A DNA stretch of 64,000 nt from a virus. The translations under genes and the position numbers were made by a program. Location of the stretch: positions 7,878 to 71,877 of IMG/VR virus record IMGVR_UViG_3300005340_000004. One strand, written 5' to 3'. The notes beneath the pieces were generated by a model. The model saw only the letters and a program-made list of their open reading frames with translations, was not told the origin of the DNA and did no database searches. Positions 51,859-60,300 of the stretch are shown here, one piece after another. The first letter of the stretch is position 1, and the number at the start of each line of letters is the position of its first letter.

Positions 51859-52601
51859 TACAAAGCCCTCCGTTCAATTTCATCTCGGTAAGGCATGTTT
51901 TTTCCTGACCCATTGAAGTGAAAAACCATGGGTGAGTTTCCAGTTTCTTTCACCACGATCTTTTCTCCGCTGAAATCCAACTCATCTTCATAAACTTCAT
52001 GGAGAGCTACGCAGATTTTGGTTTCGGTATCTAGGGTGATAGCCAAATCTCCAAAGAGAAGCCTACGCATCCACCAGTCTTGATCGTTGTCCTCAACTCT
52101 TACACCTTGTTCATTAGCGTAGTCGTCTTTAATTAACTCTGGGTCACACTCTTTAAAAGCGGTTTTGATTCCGGCCAACTCAGCCACTCCAAACCCACTG
52201 TTCAAGTATTTAAAGGAGCTTTTGCAGGGAGGATGTTCTAAGGCTAGTGACGCATCGCTAAAGCAACTCTTTTCACTGTTCCAAAGAATTGAAGGGCATC
52301 TTGGTGTTGTTGCCTGAATAGCCAGAAATTCTTCGATGATGTTAAATGGGCTGTCCATAAACACAACATCGAACGAATCGGTGAGAATCAGGTATTCCGC
52401 GTTTACCAGTCCTGATTCAATAGCTCGCTTCAAGGTTTTAACTTTTGAACCCAATCCTCCCCATGAATCCTGACCAAGAATAACTGGTTCAAATCCGTAT
52501 TTACGAACCGAAGCAAACATCTTTTCTGGCCGGTAGTAGGTTTCGTGTGGAGCGGGAACTTTTCCCATCCATGTGACTACCTGAATGTTTCGCTCGATCA
52601 T
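51858..52601 (-). CDS. PLOD-type (procollagen galactosyl/glucosyltransferase-like) GT domain protein
   Basis: LTDSFDV, ILWNSEKSCF, FKYLNSG, DNDQ, LDTETKI and FHFNG in the order of the PLOD GT domain. Confidence 0.75.
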   Translation of the reverse strand: MIERNIQVVTWMGKVPAPHETYYRPEKMFASVRKYGFEPVILGQDSWGGLGSKVKTLKRAIESGLVNAEYLILTDSFDVVFMDSPFNIIEEFLAIQATTPRCPSILWNSEKSCFSDASLALEHPPCKSSFKYLNSGFGVAELAGIKTAFKECDPELIKDDYANEQGVRVEDNDQDWWMRRLLFGDLAITLDTETKICVALHEVYEDELDFSGEKIVVKETGNSPMVFHFNGSGKNMPYRDEIERRAL

Positions 52602-53548
52602 AAATACTTCCTCAAAATTGGTAGCAGGTAATTGTTGATGTAGGGAGTTGTCTCGTAGTTACGCATGTTCTCAACAGCCGATAGATAGATGTTGTGCAGG
52701 AAGTCACATTTGGTTGCGTCAAGTAAGTCTCGATACTCGTTTCCTGGGGTTAGGTGGAAGCAGTTGACTAGATTCCTCCACGGATAGCTCCAGATTTTAT
52801 TCTGACTGTGGATTGCTGGGATGGTGTTTATCATCTCGGTTGATCTGAAGCAGACAGTTCCAGCCCCGCTCAAGGATACCCCTATCTTGGCGCGAGATTG
52901 CCACAGGACGAGTTCATTGATGTGGCGGCGGTGTGAGTGGGGGATGTGGACGGACAACCATTTCTTGACCGGCTCATGCAGCTTTGCTTCGGCGTAATCC
53001 AAGTTACCAATAACTTCGTGAGCGTTCTTGCACCAGCCTTTGTAAATATCTCCGTGGAGATTGGGGCGGGCGCAGTTTGAGAAGCCCCAGAAGTTCGATA
53101 CTTCAAACGGTCGAGAATCGAAACTTTCCTTTCCTTCAATCGCCCATGGCTGTAAATAACACGGCCACTCCAAGGGATAGACATTCTCTTGTTCTGCGTC
53201 TGTGAAAAGCTCGCGGATAAATTGACATACTGGAGGATTGTCCCGAACGAACTCGGAAAACTTTACCCACTCCTGATTCCCGCTGATCGGATGAAAGTCT
53301 CTTCCCCATAGGTGAGTTGTGAATGCAGGCCACTCCCCATAAAACTCAGTTGTGCAGGCAACTACATACTTCTTTCCTTTGAGTTGATAGAGAGCTTCGT
53401 TGAACTTGAAGTCGCTAAAATAAGAGATTCCTACGATCACCAAATCCTCGTCGGTCACTACAAAGTTAGGAACATGCTTCCATAATCTTTCCAGTAAAAT
53501 ACCATCATGCCTTTGCTGGGCATCTGCCGGAACAAATCGAAGCCTCAC
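52598..53548 (-). CDS. GT-B glycosyltransferase, exostosin/GT47-like C-terminus
   Basis: SRAKIGVSLSGAGTVCFRSTEM...IP. Confidence 0.55.
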   Translation of the reverse strand: MRLRFVPADAQQRHDGILLERLWKHVPNFVVTDEDLVIVGISYFSDFKFNEALYQLKGKKYVVACTTEFYGEWPAFTTHLWGRDFHPISGNQEWVKFSEFVRDNPPVCQFIRELFTDAEQENVYPLEWPCYLQPWAIEGKESFDSRPFEVSNFWGFSNCARPNLHGDIYKGWCKNAHEVIGNLDYAEAKLHEPVKKWLSVHIPHSHRRHINELVLWQSRAKIGVSLSGAGTVCFRSTEMINTIPAIHSQNKIWSYPWRNLVNCFHLTPGNEYRDLLDATKCDFLHNIYLSAVENMRNYETTPYINNYLLPILRKYL

Positions 53549-54186
53549 CGCACAATCCTTTCCTTATACTCATTCAGAAGGAGAACTCGTTTCTCGGTCG
53601 TCATTCCTGGTAGATGAAGCGCGAAGTGACCCTCCTGCCAATTTCCCGGAGTAGATTCCGACCCGCTATACTCAGCCCAGAGAAAGCTATTACAGCGATC
53701 TTGCGGCATCACCTTAAAAGACTCTCTGATGGGATCGTCGGAGTTTCGATAAACGCTATCTAGGTAATCCTGAAAACAAAAGATTCCGCCATCAGGATAA
53801 AGCATCTTCCATCCATGGCCCAAAAGCCCAAACGATAACATTGAATCGCTCATCATTAGGAATCCATCATTTATCATCATCCTTCCGTTGTAGTCGGCCT
53901 CAGAGGTGATAACGCATTTATTGTTTTCAATAAATGATTCCAACTTGACTCCAAAATGGGTCGGCATCCAATCCGCGTCCACATGCACCGCCCAATCAGA
54001 ATTTTTCAATGCGTCTTGCAGGCTGTTGACGCGCTCCCAAATACTGTCTCGCTCTGGGTTTACGACCACTTTTGGATGAAACTCGTAACCGTGTAAATCG
54101 CAGTATTTCTGGATGATCGGCCAAGTAATGTCAGAGACTTTTTGATAATCTCCTTCAGTTACTTCGCTAGTAACAATAATTTTCAC
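53545..54186 (-). CDS. GT34 (GMA12/MNN10-like) glycosyltransferase
   Basis: KYCDLHGYEF...WERV...DWAVHVDAD...INDGFLMM...WQEGHFALHLPG. Confidence 0.75.
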   Translation of the reverse strand: MKIIVTSEVTEGDYQKVSDITWPIIQKYCDLHGYEFHPKVVVNPERDSIWERVNSLQDALKNSDWAVHVDADWMPTHFGVKLESFIENNKCVITSEADYNGRMMINDGFLMMSDSMLSFGLLGHGWKMLYPDGGIFCFQDYLDSVYRNSDDPIRESFKVMPQDRCNSFLWAEYSGSESTPGNWQEGHFALHLPGMTTEKRVLLLNEYKERIVR

Positions 54187-54695
54187 AACTTTTTCACAAC
54201 CAAGTAGAAGCTGTATGGCGGAACATCAGGATTCTCGAAAAGAATTTCCCATGGTCCGGTTTTGTCAATCACATTGGCCTTGAGCGCTTCCAATGAGAAG
54301 TCAACTTCCTTATGTGCGTCGTTCGTTCCTTGTCCAGTGGCAGCACAATGAGCAAGGAATTTTTGCTGGTTAGGATTGTTAAAAATGCACAGTCCCCCAA
54401 CCTTCAAAACCCGATGCCATTCTCGGACAATCGTTTCAAGTTCCGGCCAAACGAAATCTTCGGCAACGTGGTGTTGGATGATGTAATCCAAGACATTATC
54501 GCAGAACCCCGACAAATCGCCGCAATGCCCCCTTAGAGTCTGCTGCACGGTCCCGACAGAGGTATATGGCTGTGGAAGATCGAGAGTGATTAGCGAGTCG
54601 TCAGGGACGGTCTTTTCTCCACCAGCCCCGATTTCCAATCCTAGGCCTTTACAATATTTGGCAAGAACTGGTCTTGCTTGAGCGCACTCAGACAT
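54183..54695 (-). CDS. Class I SAM methyltransferase
   Basis: GLEIGAGG...LDYIIQHHVAED...EWHRVLKVGG. Confidence 0.8.
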   Translation of the reverse strand: MSECAQARPVLAKYCKGLGLEIGAGGEKTVPDDSLITLDLPQPYTSVGTVQQTLRGHCGDLSGFCDNVLDYIIQHHVAEDFVWPELETIVREWHRVLKVGGLCIFNNPNQQKFLAHCAATGQGTNDAHKEVDFSLEALKANVIDKTGPWEILFENPDVPPYSFYLVVKKL

Positions 54696-55719
54696 TTTTA
54701 CCCTCCTGAACTTTTTGGATTACTTCTCTGGCTTTCTCAATCTGAGCATACCAAGAATTTTCAAATGATGCCCCGCCGTAGTTGGGGTATTTGGCGAGGA
54801 GTTGGTTGGCGAGGTCTTGCTTCTTACTGAGTTCCAATCCTTGTGCGGCCTCAGCCTCATTCGTTTCTCTGAGGACGTATTTATGGTTCAGAGACTTGCG
54901 CTCAATGCCATCTTTGCCACGGAGATACCAGTAACCTCCCGGAGGCGAGATCGTGAAGTCCACCTCTCTTTCAAGGCTTCGTGATGGGATGTTTAGAGGT
55001 CTGTATCCCTTGACCTTAAAATCCTGAACGCCCCCATCCAGACAGTAAAAAGAATCTGGTCGGCGATATACGCAATCCATCGACCAAACCGAAGTCTCTA
55101 CCAGATATTGCTTTCCCATTGCGATAGCAATATTCAGGAGGGATGATTGGTTCCCAAGGAATGCTCGGGAAGCGGAGATGATCTGGGCGCATTGGAGTAG
55201 ATCGGTTGTGGGTTGATGCCTCAACTTGATCCCCGTCTCATTCTCCAATTGAATCTTCTCTTCTAGCAGACCAAGGAATACTAAATCTTTTTCGTAGTGA
55301 GCCAAGATTGGAGCCCAATTCATCAGATGCGACCTGTGTCTTGTTGATCTATTGATAACAATACAGCCTTCAAACTCTGGGTTTGGGTCAATCTTTAGCC
55401 ATGGTTCCTCACTAATCTCTACGTTCACCCAGTCCGCGTGAAGGCGTGCTAGCGAATGCCCGTATGGAATACCTCCGTCTCGGAAGGTCGCCATGTCATG
55501 CGTGATTACCTGTCCGTTGTGAGGTTCAAATTCCTCGATGTATTCGCTCGCATCCATCAGGGGTTTGATGGCGTCGAATCTTCCTGGGGCAAGGATGGGT
55601 TTGCACAGAGGGTTATTGGTCACATACAGCGACATTTTACCCAAAGCTCTTGCTGTTGGGATAATACACAAAAGATCGCCCAGATCACCGAAGCTTCTAC
55701 CAGTGAACGACTTACTCAT
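54688..55719 (-). CDS. GT9 (heptosyltransferase-like) glycosyltransferase
   Basis: GDLGDLL...DLLQCAQIISASRAFLGNQSSLLNIAIAMGK. Confidence 0.75.
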   Translation of the reverse strand: MSKSFTGRSFGDLGDLLCIIPTARALGKMSLYVTNNPLCKPILAPGRFDAIKPLMDASEYIEEFEPHNGQVITHDMATFRDGGIPYGHSLARLHADWVNVEISEEPWLKIDPNPEFEGCIVINRSTRHRSHLMNWAPILAHYEKDLVFLGLLEEKIQLENETGIKLRHQPTTDLLQCAQIISASRAFLGNQSSLLNIAIAMGKQYLVETSVWSMDCVYRRPDSFYCLDGGVQDFKVKGYRPLNIPSRSLEREVDFTISPPGGYWYLRGKDGIERKSLNHKYVLRETNEAEAAQGLELSKKQDLANQLLAKYPNYGGASFENSWYAQIEKAREVIQKVQEGKNV

Positions 55720-56111
55720 TCCTCAATCACCTCATCTACAATTTCTCTCACCTGATCTGGCGTCAGTTTGCGTGGAGGCTCTTTCCCTCGACCAAGGATG
55801 GCTACGTGAATCTGGTTTCTGGCCTCCTGCTTTCCTCCCAGCAGTTCAAGTGTGGCTCCCATTGCTTTCAGCTTGTCCGTGCTTTCATAGAGGTATTTCA
55901 TTCCATCCACCGTGTAAGGTTCGCCCTTCATGGTGTATTCGGTGATTTTTACCTCGCCTTTCGCTACTTTGGCTACCCAGTTCGTAATGTCAGCCAGCAC
56001 GTTCAATCCCACCAGCTTCGATTGTTCGACTGCTAGGCGCTGCTGGTCTTTGATTTCAGCTAGTGCTCTTTGGGCGTATTCTGGGTCTGGGACTAGTTCA
56101 CTCATTTCCAA
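55716..56111 (-). CDS. Possible terminase small subunit
   Basis: VAKVAKGEV...TDKLKAMGATLELLG resembles a TerS oligomerisation region. Confidence 0.3.
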   Translation of the reverse strand: MEMSELVPDPEYAQRALAEIKDQQRLAVEQSKLVGLNVLADITNWVAKVAKGEVKITEYTMKGEPYTVDGMKYLYESTDKLKAMGATLELLGGKQEARNQIHVAILGRGKEPPRKLTPDQVREIVDEVIEE

Positions 56112-56508
56112 CTTTCAATATCAGATAATGCTTGTCTCGCACAGAGTAAATAACCTGCAATCCACCAAGTTTTTCGTTGTCCCAAGCGCAGTGAGCATTA
56201 TCACGGAAAGGCAAATCAATTTCGCCTTCATACATAGGATGTCGGGAAAATGGATATTCTGGATTGTCTGTTCCTACGTTAGTTCTTCCCAGCGGGAACC
56301 TTTTATTATTTTGCTTATCCAGCCAAATGGACTTGTAGCTTTTAGGGCGCTTGGATGCTCCGCGCTTGTCAAAGGTCCCTCTGCAATCGCACTCACTGAG
56401 CGGCAGAACAAGTTCATAATCCACTTGATAGCCCTCGTAAGATTTTACAGCTTCAAAATGAAGATAGGCCTTGTTAAATGGCAATGTTTCAATCTCTTCG
56501 TATTTCAT
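56098..56508 (-). CDS. Hypothetical protein
   Basis: 136-aa ORF in the minus-strand operon. Confidence 0.5.
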   Translation of the reverse strand: MKYEEIETLPFNKAYLHFEAVKSYEGYQVDYELVLPLSECDCRGTFDKRGASKRPKSYKSIWLDKQNNKRFPLGRTNVGTDNPEYPFSRHPMYEGEIDLPFRDNAHCAWDNEKLGGLQVIYSVRDKHYLILKVGNE

Positions 56509-56532
56509 ATCTACGAACCAGATAAACAGAGC

Positions 56533-57153
56533 CTACTTCTCTAGTCCAGACAATTCCTCTTTTACCCAACAAATCTGGGCGTATGGCATGTCGAGACTGT
56601 GACTTTTGGCGATGGTCCCAACCTCAAGATTAACGAGAACTTTAAGCACACAGCCGCACGCTCCGCAGACTCGTAGTTGATCGTCGTAAGGAGTGCTTCT
56701 ATCACCCCGTATTTTCGATACAAGGCCCGCTACGCCACTGCATCCTACGCATCCAGCCACATCTATATTCTTTGGGCATTTGGCGCAAATCTCGGCCCTG
56801 TCGTTTGCCTTCTCTTGTGGAACGAATTTAAACCCCTTCTTTGCCCAATCCACCATGGTTGATGCCCAGCTTACCACATCTCCCAGATTCCAACTGTTCT
56901 TGATCTGGGTTCCGTTGTCTTCTTCTACTCCTGTGAAGTCTGGGTAGAGTTCTAATACTTTGCGGCAGGCTCCGTCTTGGAGTTCTCGGTCGAAGTTTAC
57001 GCCGATTGGGATGTCGTTGGCAATCCTATGGGACTTAATAATTTCTCCGAGTTTACGGAGATTGAGTGCCGAAAATTCTGTTCCGGTTTCTTGCTGTTTA
57101 TATCTGTAAACCCCGCCCGGTGGAGTAGAATTTGGGTCAATGAATCGGAGCAT
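56533..57153 (-). CDS. Cys-rich putative metal-binding protein
   Basis: CAKCP...CVGC...CGACGC...CW. Confidence 0.6.
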   Translation of the reverse strand: MLRFIDPNSTPPGGVYRYKQQETGTEFSALNLRKLGEIIKSHRIANDIPIGVNFDRELQDGACRKVLELYPDFTGVEEDNGTQIKNSWNLGDVVSWASTMVDWAKKGFKFVPQEKANDRAEICAKCPKNIDVAGCVGCSGVAGLVSKIRGDRSTPYDDQLRVCGACGCVLKVLVNLEVGTIAKSHSLDMPYAQICWVKEELSGLEK

Positions 57154-57182
57154 TTATTGTTAACAAGAAAAGAATGAAGCGC

Positions 57183-57319
57183 GTGCTAACCGTTACACTA
57201 TCTACCAGCCATCCTCGGATTTATGGTCATTGACGGGATTCGAACCCTATCCTCGCTTGTGTCGAGCTTTACCGTTAAGCTACTCCTGAGTTAACAACAG
57301 GCAAGGATTCGAACCTTGC
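57183..57319 (-). pseudogene. Cluster of tRNA-like fragments (two T arms, two D arms, one CCA end)
   Basis: GCAAGG-TTCGAAT-CCTTGC; TAGCTTAACGGTAAAGC; GGG-TTCGAAT-CCC...TGACCA; TAGTGTAACGGTTAGCAC. No intact acceptor stem. Confidence 0.55.
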
Positions 57320-57338
57320 AACTCCGACTGCACTTACC

Positions 57339-60300
57339 CTACTCCAATTCAGAGCCCAAAGACAAGCCATTACTACGGGCAATCTCATCTCTGACTTGTT
57401 GAGGTAAAGTTCTCTTTCTTTCCCTGAGCTGTCCCAAAAGATACTGAGAAGGGGTGTATGGCGAGTAGATTCCTTTAAGGAGTTTACTCGCATCTTTCTG
57501 AGTAACATTCCGAGAGAGTAGGCTAGCCTTGATTTCGGAATCTGGCACACCTCTGCGTTGTGCAGCCCTGATGGCTCGATACATCTGTTTCCAAAGTTCA
57601 AATCTAGCTGTATTGCTGTTTGTGTAACTGTCGATAACTTCCTGTGGCTCCACCGTTCCACGACGCAAGGCGACATCTCGGAAGATGCGTTCAGAATTTG
57701 CATCTGCTTCCCTGAAGTCCGACGCCTTGTATCCTAGAGCTTGAGCGTAATCGAGTGTTTGCTGTTTGACGCCAGTGAGTTCAGCCGCAATTTCCTGAGT
57801 TGGAGAAAGCTGGTCACCAAAACTTGTGGTCTTGCCTTGAAAAGCCGGAATGATCTTCTTCCTGAGTCGATTCAAAGTTCCTGGTTCCAGAGCTTCGGCG
57901 ATATGCCCCATGATCTTGGATGCCTTGTCGGGATCAGAGGGATTGTAGACCTCTCGACCTCCTGCTGTTTGATTGCGTGCAACGTCGATCAGTTTGGCCG
58001 CAAGGATGCCTTCATTTGCAAAAGGTTGAATGGCCTCGGCAAACATTTCTCCTGCGATCTGATCGGCTCCTTCTCCTGAGTTCAGTCCAGCGACAATCGG
58101 GATAGTTAGGTCCGCAATACCGCTGTAAGGATTGGCGTAAGACAAGTTAACGAACGATAAGTCTCCGGGCTTCTTTCCGGTAAATAGAAGCTGAGAGTTA
58201 CGATCCCATGGAGCCATAAACTGTCTCGCATCATCAGCCTCCTCTGGAGAGATTCCAAGAATTGCTCGGGATGCTGCGGACAATCCATATCCGCCCGCCA
58301 TTACAGCAAGAATACCAGCCGCTCTACGCGCTCCTGATGCTCTTTGCGCTGCGTTATCACTCTGCAAATCTTCCGCTGCGTATTTGAGGTTGTGCGCGAA
58401 AGTTCGGTAGGACTCGTAGGCAAAAGTAACGAACGGCCCGAAGAAGGGTTGCTTGCGGAACTGCCTTACCCACTCAGGAACCATTGAGTAAGTTGGGTAG
58501 GTATTTCGGATTCTCTGAGATGCTTCAAGTTCGGCCCGTTCTTGTGTCCACTCTGGATGAATGGCCTTCTGCGTAGCCAGTTCGTTCTCAAACCCCACGA
58601 TTTTTCCGATGTCATCTGAGAGTTGATAAGACTTCTCTGCCGCACCAATTGTGTATTTGCGGAGGTTTTGTAGAGCGATGGAAGTTTGGTCGAACTGATC
58701 CAAGTTGGGATCGGTAAGTCCGGCGTCTTTGAGGACATCTCGAAGTTCACTTGCTGCCGTGGATTGATCGACTACACCAAGTCTTAGGTATCGTTTGTAT
58801 ACCTCCTGTGACTTCTTTCCAGTTCCAGCAAGGTCGGCAAAAATAGACGTTCCGGCCTGAGTGATAGGCTTTGGATTCCAGTGACCATTGAGCAACCAAA
58901 AGTAGGGTTGACCCATAGTGTTACGAACTTGGGTCATTACCGATCCTACGGTTTTGCTGGTCTTGGCAAGAGCGTTTGCTTGAAGCCAAGTTCTCCAAAG
59001 TCCTTTAGCTTGTGGATCAGCTTTGTTGAACTCGGCGAAAGCAGCAGCGATTTGAGGGGTTGTCCTCAATCCGTTCATCGGAGCCATCGTCCGGGATTCT
59101 GGCGCGGCAATCAATGCATCAAATCCCGGAGGCTGAGTTCCGTCTTCAAACAGGAATTTCCCTAAACCTTCTTTACGGACGTCGCGCAAAAACTTTTCGT
59201 TCGCAATGACGCTTGCCATCTTGGTAACTGAACGAGCGTAGTTTATGACTGGATTTTTGTATTCGCCTAGAAGGTTACGAAGTTCTTCAGGGATGTCTTT
59301 ACGACGAATGAAAGAGGAAAGGTCTTTGCTTCCAAGCTTTGCTCCCTTTTTAACCAAAACTCCCGTTCCCTCGTCCTGCCAATCCTGAAGCATGGCATCA
59401 ACATCTCGGCGCGCATCAGTTACGGAGTAAGTTGGATCGAATTTCTGATTCTCTTTCAGAATGAAATTGAGAGCTTTGTTATAGACCTCAGGCTCGATTT
59501 TCTCCCGCCATTTTGGGTCGTCAAACATCCGGTAGGAGCGAGTCAGATACACACCCATGTTATCTCCGACAACGGCCTTGAGTTCTTCGGGAACAAGCCC
59601 CTCGTCGATCATCTTCTGGGACAAAGCATCCACATGGTCACGCATGGCCTGTAATGGGCCTCTAACAGCTTCTGGCAGCGTATCCATATCAACACGCCCA
59701 AGAAGAGCATCGTTCATTCTAGCGACAAATTCCTTGGGGATGCGAGACATGCCCTTGAAAAACTCTTCGCCTTTACTGATCTTAAACTCTTCCTTCAGAG
59801 AGTTGTATAAATCTCGGGTTGCATAAGCAATTTCGCGAGATTGTTCCTTGATCGCTCCGGTTCTCTGAGTGGCTTTGTGAAAAACCTCTGTTGGCAAGTC
59901 TCCTTCTGCCACAAAAAGCCTGCGAAGATTATCCGAAAACCAGCGAGTAAATTTGTTGTCTGGAGTCAGTCCAAGAATGTAGGGAGAGTTGCGAAGCTTT
60001 GCGAGTCCGCGACTTTGAAGCGAGCGAACGACATTCGGCTTCATCCCAAGTCTCTCGGCAATCTCTGAATTGGATAGTCCTTCCTGCATCGCAAGCAGGA
60101 CATTTCTTTCTCCTTCGGGAAAGTCTTTCAGTAGTGTATTGATTCTTTCGCGTGCTTCAGCAACCTCAATTCCTTGAGAAACATCGGCTGTTTCTGGTGC
60201 AGCAATCGTATCAGCAATGGTTGACTCTTCGCCAATAGGAGCTTCAAGGCTTGTCTCGCGTTGATTCTTGGGGATTTCCTGCCTCAAAAAATCATTCGCA

